Origin: an uncultured Ruminococcus sp.
GTDB lineage: Bacteria > Bacillota > Clostridia > Oscillospirales > CAG-272
Assembly: GCA_902782445.1 (NCBI GenBank)
Contig: CACZNC010000019.1
Span: 12,662-76,661 of the forward strand
Length of the DNA: 64,000 nt
Reading direction: 5' to 3'
This document shows positions 1-8,969 of the stretch, in pieces (positions within the stretch are counted from its first letter, which is position 1; the number at the start of each line of letters is the position of its first letter). The notes under the pieces are model-generated. The model ran no database searches. It saw nothing but the letters and a program-made list of their open reading frames with translations, and was not told the DNA's origin. The translations under genes and the position numbers were made by a program.

Positions 1-1240
1 GCAGGAAGTATTCGCCGATTCCCATGAGGAAGTTGAGGAAGGGCTCGATCTTCGCGAAGAAGTGCTCCGTCAGGATCCGGGTGTCCCGCAGGTCGGAGGA
101 TGCCTTGTCGAAACGGGCGATCTCCTTCTTCTCCATGCCGAACGCCTTGACGACGCGGATGCCGGAGAAGGTGTCGTGAAGGATGGAACTCTCCCGCGAA
201 TCCAGCTGCCAGCTCCTGTGGAAGACGTGGCGCATGAAGCTGTGGAAGAGCCGGAAGCTGACCATGACGATCGGGGTGGGGACGATGATCATGAGGGCGA
301 GCCGCCAATCGTAGCTGAACAGATAGATGCCGACCGCAAGCAGGATGAAGATCTGCTCCACCATCGCGCCGAAATCGTTGGAGATGAAACGGGAGAGCTC
401 GTTCGTGTCGCCCGAGACCCGGTTCATCAGCTCGCCGGCGGTGCGCTTCGAGATCCGCTGGATCGACATTTTCTGGATCTTGTCGAACACCATTTCACGC
501 AGCGTCACCGTGATGCGCTGGCCCGTGCGAATCAAAAGGACGCTCCGGATCATGGAGAGCCCGCCCGTGAGGATGCGGACCGCGAACATCAGAAGGATCA
601 CGGCGACGAATCCGGCCAGCTTCGGCATTTCGGCGGCCTTGATATAGTCGTCCACGAGGATCCGGTTGATGCGCGGGGGGATCAGGTTCGCGAGCGCGAT
701 GAGAAAATAGAAGACGATGGAGATATAGATGAGATAGTGATAGGGCTTCGCAATCTTCCAGAGCCGCAGGATGTACTGTTTTTTGTCCACGCAGTGCTCG
801 CAGACATTGGAGCCCGGGCGGAACTGCCTGCCGCATTTCGGACAGCGGTGGTTGACCTCCGCCTCGTATTCGTAGGAGATCTCTTTACCCTCGAGATAGC
901 GGGAGATCTCCCGTGCCGCCGCGGCATAGAAGTCGAGATACTGACCGTCCGAACGGCAGAGGATGTGCCAGCCGCCGCTTTTCAGGCTGTATTCGATGAA
1001 GCAGCAGCCGATCCCCTTGCGGAAAGCGACTTCGCCGATATCGGAGAGGGGGATCTCCTCTTTCTTTTCGCCGTTCTCGTAAACGACGAACCGGTCCTTT
1101 GTCAGAACGGCGATCCCGTCGATCCGGGTGCGCTTTGCTGTCGCGGTCAGATCGTAGTCGATCGGAAGAAGGACGTCCTCCTCCCTGAGCGAGGGATCGA
1201 TCCCGGTCACGCGGGCCGTAAGCGTTCCTCTGTTTTCCAT
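1..1240 (-). CDS. ABC exporter (fused permease/ATPase type), N-terminal part; the gene runs off the window start
   Basis: Absent from the ORF track because there is no stop in the window. My translation of the minus strand from ATG 1240 (GGGAGG about 7 nt upstream) reads MENRGTLTARVTGIDPS... It continues through a PH-like segment, a zinc ribbon CPKCGRQFRPGSNVCEHC, TM helices and the exporter TMD motif RTAGELMNRVSGDTNEL, and stays open to position 1. Confidence 0.8.
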   Translation of the reverse strand, partial: MENRGTLTARVTGIDPSLREEDVLLPIDYDLTATAKRTRIDGIAVLTKDRFVVYENGEKKEEIPLSDIGEVAFRKGIGCCFIEYSLKSGGWHILCRSDGQYLDFYAAAAREISRYLEGKEISYEYEAEVNHRCPKCGRQFRPGSNVCEHCVDKKQYILRLWKIAKPYHYLIYISIVFYFLIALANLIPPRINRILVDDYIKAAEMPKLAGFVAVILLMFAVRILTGGLSMIRSVLLIRTGQRITVTLREMVFDKIQKMSIQRISKRTAGELMNRVSGDTNELSRFISNDFGAMVEQIFILLAVGIYLFSYDWRLALMIIVPTPIVMVSFRLFHSFMRHVFHRSWQLDSRESSILHDTFSGIRVVKAFGMEKKEIARFDKASSDLRDTRILTEHFFAKIEPFLNFLMGIGEYFL

Positions 1241-1255
1241 GAAATACCTCCCGGA

Positions 1256-1807
1256 TCAGAGGAAGAGCTCGATCTTTTTGAAGCTCTTCCGGTCAAGGGC
1301 CTCGAGATCGGGGATCTCAAAGCGGTTGCCGTCGATATCGTTGACGAAGATCCGCGTCCCCCCGACCTTCAGAAGGCTGGAGAAGGTGTCGCGGCAGGTG
1401 AATTCGATCTCGCCCTCTTCGGTGACGACCTTCCAGTAGGAGTAGCCGAACTTGTCCTTGACGGAGAGGATCTGTCTGATCACCGGGGTGTAGTACTTCC
1501 GGTCCAGCTCCGCCCGGAGCATTTCGGAGGCGTCTTTGTCGAACTCGTCGACGTCTTTGATCAGGCCGATCTCCTTCGAATCCGGGTCCAGGACGGAGAT
1601 ATAGGCGTAGGGAAAATCGAAGGGGAAGGCGCGGTGGAGGAAAATGCGGTCGTAGGTCTTTTCCTCTTCCTTGCCCTCGTCGTCGGGGAGTGTGACCGTC
1701 AGGCGGATAAAGTCGCCGAACCGTTCGAATTTCGCGTTGTCCTTTGTGATATACCGGACCGCGACGACTTCTTTCAGCGCGGTCTTTTCGGTGTGTTTTT
1801 CTTCCAT
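1256..1807 (-). CDS. DUF1854-like protein (ABC-exporter-associated, function unknown)
   Basis: 183-aa ORF with a GGAGG RBS, starting 11 nt after the upstream stop. The sequence (FPFDFPYAYISVLD...GYSYWKV) fits my recollection of DUF1854. It lies between two ABC exporter genes. Confidence 0.65.
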   Translation of the reverse strand: MEEKHTEKTALKEVVAVRYITKDNAKFERFGDFIRLTVTLPDDEGKEEEKTYDRIFLHRAFPFDFPYAYISVLDPDSKEIGLIKDVDEFDKDASEMLRAELDRKYYTPVIRQILSVKDKFGYSYWKVVTEEGEIEFTCRDTFSSLLKVGGTRIFVNDIDGNRFEIPDLEALDRKSFKKIELFL

Positions 1808-1818
1808 CTCAGCCTCCG

Positions 1819-4045
1819 TTATTCTTCGATGCCGATGTTCTTCATGGCTTCCATCTGGAGCCTGTAGAGGTTGAAGTAGATCCCCTTCAGGGCGATCAGC
1901 TCCGCGTGGGTGCCGGTCTCGGGGACCTTGCCGTTTTCAATGACGATGAGCTTGTCCGCGTCGCGCAGGGTGGAAAGGCGGTGGGCGATGGTGATGGTGG
2001 TGCGTCCCACGGAAAGCCTTTCGAGAGCGGTTTGGATCTTGCGCTCGGTTTCGGTGTCCATCGCGGCGGTCGCTTCGTCGAGGATCAGGATCTTCGGGTT
2101 GCGCAGGATGGCGCGGGCGATGGAAACTCTCTGCCGTTCGCCGCCGGAGAGATCCTTGTGGCCGAATCCGATCATGGTGGAGTAGGCGTCGGGGAGCTGG
2201 ACGATGAAGTCGTGAGCTCCCGCGATCTTGGCGGCTTCGATGACCTCTTCTTCCGTCGCTTCGGGCTTCGCGTAGCGGATGTTGTCTAGGATCGTCCCCA
2301 TGAAGAGGTAGGTCTCCTGGGACACGATGGCGACGTTGTTCCGCAGATCCTCGTAGGCGAGATCCTTGACGTTCACGCCGTCGATCAGGATCTCTCCCGC
2401 GGCGGCGTCATAAAGACGGATCAGCAGATTTGCGAGGGTGGATTTTCCCGCCCCCGTGTGTCCCACGATGCCGAGAGCCTCGCCGGGCTCCACGGAGAAG
2501 GACACGCCGTCGATGACCTTGCGGTTCTTTTCGTAGGAGAAGTCCACGCCCCGGAATTCGACCTTGCCCCTGCATTCCCCGAGATGGACGGGATTTTCTG
2601 CTTCCGCTACGTCGGGCTTGGCGTCCATGATCTCGCACAGACGGCTCATGGCGTTGAGGCTGTCCGTGAATTCGTAGACCATGTTGACGAAGGATCCTAG
2701 CGGGGAAAGGATCATGTTCATGTAGGCCGTAAAGGTGAGGAGGATGCCGTAGGTCATATCCCCCTTGATGACCATCCAGCCGCCCACGCCCAGCACGATC
2801 AGATTGCTGACGTACACCAGCAGATTGATCGTCGGGAAGGCGACGGTGCCGAAGGTCGAGGCCTCGATCTCCGCGTTCGAGAGATTCCGGCTCGAACGGT
2901 CGAAGCGGGCGGTCTCGTCTTTTTCCTTCGAGAACGCTTTGACGACCCGCATACCGCTCAGGATGTCGGAGAGGACGGCGTTCATCTGCCGGGACCGGGT
3001 CCACCGCTTGATGTGGAACTTGTCCATCCGCCCGAAGAGGAAGCGCATCCCGAAGAAGAGCAGCGGGACCGTGATGAGGGTGAGCAGGGTGAGGACGGGG
3101 TTCATGATGAGCATGATCACGAGCATTACGGCGATCTCGGCTCGTGAAGAAGGAGAGGGAGAGCCGCTCGATGGAGGAGAAAATCACCTTTTTCAGGTCG
3201 TAGATCACGTTCGCGGCGATGGTGGTCGTCACGAGGCTGTGGAACATATTGAAGACCGTGGTGAGGAGCCGGGTCCCGATGATGATGCCGAGGACCATCA
3301 GGATCTGCCCGTAGAACCGTCCGCCCTTCTCCAGCACCTGATCGTAGTAGAAGCCGGAGGAGATATAGGGGGAGAGCACCCCCAGGGCGCTGGTCAGAAG
3401 GAGCATCAGAACGAGCAGGGCGATCCGCACCTTGTATTTCAGAACGAACTGTCCCGTCCTGGCGATGATGCGGCTCTTGTCCATGCACTTCGGACAGAGC
3501 TTGCGCTCCTCGTCTATGTAGCGGGTCCCGCATTTCGGGCAGAACATCCGGTCGTGCTGGTGTTCCGTGTGCTCGTCGGGCGTGATCTTTCCGTCCTTTT
3601 CGATCTGACCGAGAAAGCGGGTCAGGGAATAGAAGTCGGATTTATACGTATTCGAGAGATTGTCGAGAAGGATCCAGTCCCCGTCCTTCGTCTTCGCCGT
3701 GAACCGGGCGGACGCGATCTGCTCCTCCACGCGGTAGTCGGAAAGATCTTTCAGATCGAAGACGTCCCAGGAGTTCAGTTCAAACTTCCGCTCCAGCCGG
3801 TTCTTCGTGTGAAGAGGCGTCATCCCCGGCCTGCGGGAGAGAGCGTTGGAGCCGGAGAGCACGATCAGATCGGAGTCGGTGGCCAGCGTCCAGCAGTCGC
3901 AGCGCACCATCTCCCGGTTGAGATCGGACTTGACGCAGAGAAGGATGTGATCTTCGGGGATCCCCTTTTCTTCAAGGACGGGCTTCAGTTCGTCGGGAAC
4001 GGACCCGGGTGAGGCCGCGTCGAAATACCATTGTTTTTCAGCCAT
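1819..4045 (-). pseudogene. ABC exporter (permease/ATPase) with N-terminal PH-like plus zinc-ribbon module, disrupted by an internal deletion/frameshift near 3127-3150
   Basis: ORF-track pieces 2408..4156 (real start ATG 4045, RBS GAGGAGG) and 1819..3126 are one gene in two frames. N part: MAEKQWYFD...CPKCGTRYIDEERKLCPKCMDK...SIERLSLSFFTSR. C part: AEIAVMLVIMLIMNPVLTLL...GHTGAGKST...LSGGERQR...ILILDEA. About 33 residues expected between the two parts are missing. Confidence 0.75.
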
Positions 4046-4296
4046 GAGAACCTCCTCGGCTGTGAGCTGTGCGGGACCGCGGGAGGGGGAGAGAAGAGCC
4101 GGTCCCCGCGCTGCGCAGTCTTTGATTATTATAGCCCTTCGGCGGGCAAAAGTCAAGACGGATGAAAATAATAATTAAAAATACTCACCAAATCTTTAAT
4201 TAATATTTCGCAAAAGTCTTAACAAAAGGCCGAGGATATGGTATAATGGAATCGCTCCCCGGACACGCTCCGGCTTTATGAGAAACGGAGGACGAC

Positions 4297-6699
4297 ATGA
4301 CGGAAAGAATGCAGTCGCTGGACCCTGCCGGACTGAGAAAGAGTTTTCTCGGCAGCCGCGGAACCGAAGGTCCCTATATGTACTATCCGCTGGATTCGGA
4401 AAGAGGAGAGGATCAGCCCGAACGGATCGCGAAGCTGTTCGCGGGATACCGGCACTCCGGGTTCTGCGGCGTGATTCCCTTTTCCTATAAAAATTTTGCC
4501 TACAAGCCCCTGACGGAGGCCTTCGACGATCTCTGGCGCACCGTGGCGTCCAAGGCGGCGGAGTCTTCGCTGTCCCTCGGCTATCTCGACGACACCTACA
4601 CCATGCGGGCGTATCTCGCCGGGCTCGGGGAACCGGAAAAAGCGTGCTGCCGGATCCTCACCTGCTACGAATACGCCTGCACGGAAAAATCCCTGTTCCG
4701 AAAGAAGCTGAAAACGACCGGGATCCGCATGGCCATCGACGCCGTGAACGACGACGACCTCACCATCCTCGATCTGCGGGAGTTCGTCCGCGACGGCGTT
4801 CTCGAATGGCAGGTCCCGCCCGGAAACTGGAACGTCTCGGAGTTCCTCTGCGAGCCCGACGTGGAATCTCACTACGTCGATCTCATGGACTACTCCGTTT
4901 CTTCCGAATACCTGAAAAACACCTTCGGGCACGTCCTCGACGTTTCGGCGGAAGCGAAGGCACAGGTCGATCTCTTCGTCTACCGCAACGTCCTCTTCGC
5001 CGGGAAGAACCGCCGGATGTGGCACCCCGGATTCAACGATCTCTTCGCGGAGATGTTCGGCTTCGATCCCGCCCCGTACTATCCGGTCCTCTTCCGCGAT
5101 TTTGCGGGGAAATCCGGACGGTACCGCTCCCTCATCATGACCTGCCGCTCCCGGATGATGACGGACGGGTACCTGAAAGCGGCGGCCGATTTCTGCGCGG
5201 CCAGGGGGATCTTCTGCACGGGCTACGCGGCGGAAGGCAAGGCGACGTTCTGCTCGTGGCTTTTCGGCGACGGACAGATGCTCCACCGCTACGCTTCGGC
5301 TCCCGGGATCTCCATGCCCTTCGCCTATCTGTACGGTCTGAACGCGGCGAAGGTGGCTTCCGGCGCGGCGGACGAATTCGGATGCGAAACCGTAACGGCG
5401 GATCTCTTCAAATACTATATGAAGCTGACGAAGGACATCATCTACCGCGAAGCCATGAACGCCTACGTCCGGGGCGTCAATATGCTCTTCGTCCACCTCG
5501 GCGAGGACCGCACCCGGGAGGAGACGGATATCGTGGAAAGCGACGGAAGCGTCCTCGGCTCGATCTTCTCGAAGGGGGACGATCTCTCGGACTTCGCGGG
5601 ATTCGCCGGCCGGACGCAGACTCTTCTCCGCGGCGGGGAACACGTGGCGGAGGCGGCGATCGTCTATCCGATCCATTCGCTCCACTCCTACGTCTACCTC
5701 TATCAGTCCGAGCGGCGGGACTTCGAATATCCCTCGACCCCCGAAAACGCCGACTACATGGAGGTCATGAACAATTTCCTCAACTATGTCGGGATCGACG
5801 CCTCGTTCCTGCACCCGGACGTGCTCGCGGAGCGGGCGTTCTCCGAAAACGGGATCCTCTACCTCCCCGGTGACCGCGGCGTGATGAAATTCCGCCTGCT
5901 CGTTCTGCCGTCCATGACCCTCATCAGCGTGAAGACTCTCCGGGTGATCCGCAAATTCTTCGAGGAGGGCGGCAAGATCATCGCGACGGACAATCTCCCG
6001 TTCTGCGCCTCCGAAGCTCCCACCCGGGCGATGGATATCAACGAAGCCCTGCGGTTCGAAAGCCCCGAGGACGAAGAAGTCAAGGCATCCATCCGGGAGA
6101 TCTTCGGCGCGGAGGTCGGGGACCCGCACATCATCCGCAGTTATTACAAGAACGAGAGCGAAAAGGGCGGAGTGGCGTACTTTTTCCCGGCCAACCGCAC
6201 CACCGTCGACGGCACCGACACCGTCACCGCGGATATCCTTCTGCAGGCCGCGCGGAACTTCCGTCTTCCGGTGGACGTCTATATCGAGAAGAAACCGCGC
6301 GTGGAGTTCCTCGGCATCGTGAACCAGCATCTGCCGGACTTCCTCAAAGTTGGGATCGACCGGAGACTGGCGCGGGGATGCTCCATGAACTGCCTGCACA
6401 AGCGGTACGCGGGGAGCGAGATCTACTATTTCACCAACACCACGGGGAACGACTACAAGGGAGCCGTGCTGCTGAGAGGCCGCCTCTCTCCGGAGGAATG
6501 GAACCCCCTGACCGGAAAGATCCGCAAATGCTCCTCGGAGACCGTCCGCATGTTCGGCGAAGTCTACACACGGGTACCCCTGAATCTCGAAGCCTCGTCC
6601 TGCGCCTTCCTCGTCAGCCCCTCGGCACGGACCCAGAAAGAACTGATCCGGGACCTGACGGAAGCGGAGGATATTCCGGTCTTTATTCCCTTCGACTGA
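4297..6699 (+). CDS. large cytoplasmic glycoside-hydrolase-like protein (family not assignable by eye; faint resemblance to GH106-type rhamnosidases)
   Basis: 800-aa ORF with a GGAGGA RBS before ATG 4297 and normal coding composition. No signal peptide. Strings such as LEWQVPPGNWNVSEF recall large bacterial glycosidases. The function call is weak. Confidence 0.5.
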   Translation: MTERMQSLDPAGLRKSFLGSRGTEGPYMYYPLDSERGEDQPERIAKLFAGYRHSGFCGVIPFSYKNFAYKPLTEAFDDLWRTVASKAAESSLSLGYLDDTYTMRAYLAGLGEPEKACCRILTCYEYACTEKSLFRKKLKTTGIRMAIDAVNDDDLTILDLREFVRDGVLEWQVPPGNWNVSEFLCEPDVESHYVDLMDYSVSSEYLKNTFGHVLDVSAEAKAQVDLFVYRNVLFAGKNRRMWHPGFNDLFAEMFGFDPAPYYPVLFRDFAGKSGRYRSLIMTCRSRMMTDGYLKAAADFCAARGIFCTGYAAEGKATFCSWLFGDGQMLHRYASAPGISMPFAYLYGLNAAKVASGAADEFGCETVTADLFKYYMKLTKDIIYREAMNAYVRGVNMLFVHLGEDRTREETDIVESDGSVLGSIFSKGDDLSDFAGFAGRTQTLLRGGEHVAEAAIVYPIHSLHSYVYLYQSERRDFEYPSTPENADYMEVMNNFLNYVGIDASFLHPDVLAERAFSENGILYLPGDRGVMKFRLLVLPSMTLISVKTLRVIRKFFEEGGKIIATDNLPFCASEAPTRAMDINEALRFESPEDEEVKASIREIFGAEVGDPHIIRSYYKNESEKGGVAYFFPANRTTVDGTDTVTADILLQAARNFRLPVDVYIEKKPRVEFLGIVNQHLPDFLKVGIDRRLARGCSMNCLHKRYAGSEIYYFTNTTGNDYKGAVLLRGRLSPEEWNPLTGKIRKCSSETVRMFGEVYTRVPLNLEASSCAFLVSPSARTQKELIRDLTEAEDIPVFIPFD

Positions 6700-6712
6700 G
6701 CGTCCCGGGTCC

Positions 6713-6741
6713 TTGACAAGTCCCATCCGGCATGGTACAAT
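6713..6741 (+). promoter_or_regulatory. sigma-A-type promoter (TTGACA-17-TACAAT) for the moxR operon
   Basis: TTGACA at 6713-6718, a 17-nt spacer and TACAAT at 6736-6741, 36 nt upstream of ATG 6778. Confidence 0.6.
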
Positions 6742-6777
6742 AGAAACGACAGAAGAAAAAAGAAAACAGGAGAGAGT

Positions 6778-7725
6778 ATGTACAGCGAAACCGTCTCAAA
6801 AACCGCAGGTGCCGTGGTCGCCAACGTCGGGCGGGCCATCTACGGCAAGGAAAACGAGATCCGTCTGATCGTCGCGGCTCTCTTATGCCGGGGCCACGTC
6901 CTGCTTGACGACATTCCCGGAACCGGCAAGACCACGCTGGCAAAAGCCCTCGCAAAATCCGTCTCCGCGGAAGGGAAGCGCATCCAGTTCACCCCCGACC
7001 TGCTCCCCTCGGACGTCACGGGCGTGAACTACTTCAATCAGAAGACCTCCGATTTCGTATTCCGCCGCGGACCCGTCTTCACCAACATCCTGCTGGCTGA
7101 CGAAATCAACCGCACCACCCCCCGCACCCAGTCCGCGCTGCTCGAGTGCATGGGCGAACGTCAGGCGACGGTGGACGGCGTGACCTACCGTCTGGACGAT
7201 CCGTTTTTCGTCGTGGCGACCCAGAACCCAATCGAATCGCAGGGCACCTTCCCGCTCCCCGAGGCGCAGATGGACCGGTTTTTCATGAAGCTATCCCTCG
7301 GCTATCCGGAGAGAGAAGCGGAGAAATCCGTCCTCACCAATTACAACGACGCCTCCCCTCTCGACACCCTGACTTCCGTCTGTTCGAAGGAAGAGCTGAA
7401 TCTCGCCTCAGACCTGGTGCAGAAAATCACGGTCAGCGAGCCTGTGAAGGACTATATCATCTCCGTCGTCACCGCCACCCGTGAAAGCGAACGGCTCAGA
7501 CTCGGCGTATCCCCCCGCGGATCCCTCGCCCTCATGAAGGCGTCCCAGGCGTGGGCGGCCATGTCGGGCAGGGACTACGTGATCCCGGACGACGTGAAGA
7601 AAGTCGCCGTTCCCGTCCTGTCCCACCGCATCATCACCCGTTCGCAGAACACCATCCGCCTGACGGACACGAACGAACAGGTCATCGAAGCGATCCTCGA
7701 TACCGTCCGCGCGCCCGTCGACTGA
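6778..7725 (+). CDS. MoxR-family AAA+ ATPase
   Basis: 315 aa. Walker A PGTGKTTLAKAL, Walker B ILLADEINRTTP and FFVVATQNPIESQGTFPLPEAQ are typical of the AAA_3/MoxR family. Confidence 0.9.
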   Translation: MYSETVSKTAGAVVANVGRAIYGKENEIRLIVAALLCRGHVLLDDIPGTGKTTLAKALAKSVSAEGKRIQFTPDLLPSDVTGVNYFNQKTSDFVFRRGPVFTNILLADEINRTTPRTQSALLECMGERQATVDGVTYRLDDPFFVVATQNPIESQGTFPLPEAQMDRFFMKLSLGYPEREAEKSVLTNYNDASPLDTLTSVCSKEELNLASDLVQKITVSEPVKDYIISVVTATRESERLRLGVSPRGSLALMKASQAWAAMSGRDYVIPDDVKKVAVPVLSHRIITRSQNTIRLTDTNEQVIEAILDTVRAPVD

Positions 7726-7735
7726 GAAAAGAATC

Positions 7736-8956
7736 ATGATTTATATTGCGATCGTAGCCGCCGCGGTCCTCGTGGTGATGCTGCAGTCCCGGATCTGGCG
7801 GAACATGGCTCTGAAAGATCTCGACTACCGGGTGGAGGTCTCCGCCGACGAAGTGTTCGAGGACGAGGAGATCTATGTCTACGAGGAACTCAGAAACAAC
7901 AAGTTCCTCCCCCTGCCGTTCCTCAAGGTAGACACCGAACTGCCGGACGGGCTGAGCTTTCATCTGTTCGAAGAGGACGGGAAGGGCGGTATGCGCGAAG
8001 TCTATCCCCGGGTGGTGCATTCCGTGTTCGTCCTCCGTTCGAAACAGATGATCCGCCGCAGATGGCGCGTCAAATGCGATGTCCGCGGGACCTACCGCCT
8101 CGGCACCGTCACCATGATGGCGGACGACGTGTTCGGGCTCACCCCCGTCGTGCGGATGGACGATCCGGCCGGGGAGGGGAAGAACACCGTCGTGGTACTG
8201 CCGAAGGCCATCAGTCTTGCGAAGGAATTCACCTGCTCGAAATACACGAGCGGCGATTTTCTCGTACAGAACAGCCTGCTCACCGATCCCCTCCTCCGGG
8301 CCGGTGTGCGGGATTATCTGCCCGGGGATCCCATGAACCGGATCAACTGGACGCAGACTGCTGTGCACGGGTCCCTCATGACCAACGTGGAGGAGTTCAC
8401 CAACCGGCACCAGTTCAACATCGTCATGAACATGCAGGCCCGCGACATCGAGAAGGTGATCCCGGGTCCTCCGAGCGTCCGCGCCACGGTGGAAATGTGC
8501 ATGACGGTCGTCGCCTCCATCCTCGACGGCGTTTCGAGCGAGAACGTCCCCGTCCGCCTGATCTCGAATACCCCGCCCGAACAGTACGGGGACACGGGGC
8601 CGGCCCCGGAGGAGGGAGAAGCGGACGATCCCGGGGCGAAGATCTTCGTATCCCGGGCGTTCAAAGGCCGCTCCGACATTCTCGCCGTTCTGCGGATGCT
8701 GGCACAGACGGAACTGATGATCTCCCTGCCCGTCGAGAAGATGCTCGACCACATCCTCGCCAACTGGGCGGCGTACACCGGGGGCGGGAACATCATCTTC
8801 GTCTCCGCCTATCTGAGCGAGCGCATGATCCATTTCGCCTACGCCATGAAGCGCGTCGGAGTGACGGTGCTCTTCTATATCACATCCACCAACCTCAACG
8901 CCGCCATCATTCCGGAGGATATCGAAGTCCGCTATCGGACCCACGCGGACGAATGA
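7736..8956 (+). CDS. DUF58 domain protein (MoxR partner)
   Basis: 406 aa, starting 10 nt after the moxR stop. One N-terminal TM helix and the DUF58 motif GVRDYLPGDPMNRINWTQTA. Confidence 0.8.
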   Translation: MIYIAIVAAAVLVVMLQSRIWRNMALKDLDYRVEVSADEVFEDEEIYVYEELRNNKFLPLPFLKVDTELPDGLSFHLFEEDGKGGMREVYPRVVHSVFVLRSKQMIRRRWRVKCDVRGTYRLGTVTMMADDVFGLTPVVRMDDPAGEGKNTVVVLPKAISLAKEFTCSKYTSGDFLVQNSLLTDPLLRAGVRDYLPGDPMNRINWTQTAVHGSLMTNVEEFTNRHQFNIVMNMQARDIEKVIPGPPSVRATVEMCMTVVASILDGVSSENVPVRLISNTPPEQYGDTGPAPEEGEADDPGAKIFVSRAFKGRSDILAVLRMLAQTELMISLPVEKMLDHILANWAAYTGGGNIIFVSAYLSERMIHFAYAMKRVGVTVLFYITSTNLNAAIIPEDIEVRYRTHADE

Positions 8957-8969
8957 AAGGAGGTTAATC

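Noticed and set aside
62-1867. 601-aa plus-strand ORF
   Set aside because: It lies antisense to two well-supported minus-strand genes (an ABC exporter and a DUF1854-like gene). Its translation is a D/E/G/R/V-rich string with no motifs, typical of the shadow ORFs seen in GC-rich DNA.
4276-6726. 816-aa minus-strand ORF
   Set aside because: It lies exactly antisense to the 800-aa plus-strand gene, which has an RBS and normal composition. The shadow frame is Arg/Gly/Glu/Val-rich nonsense.
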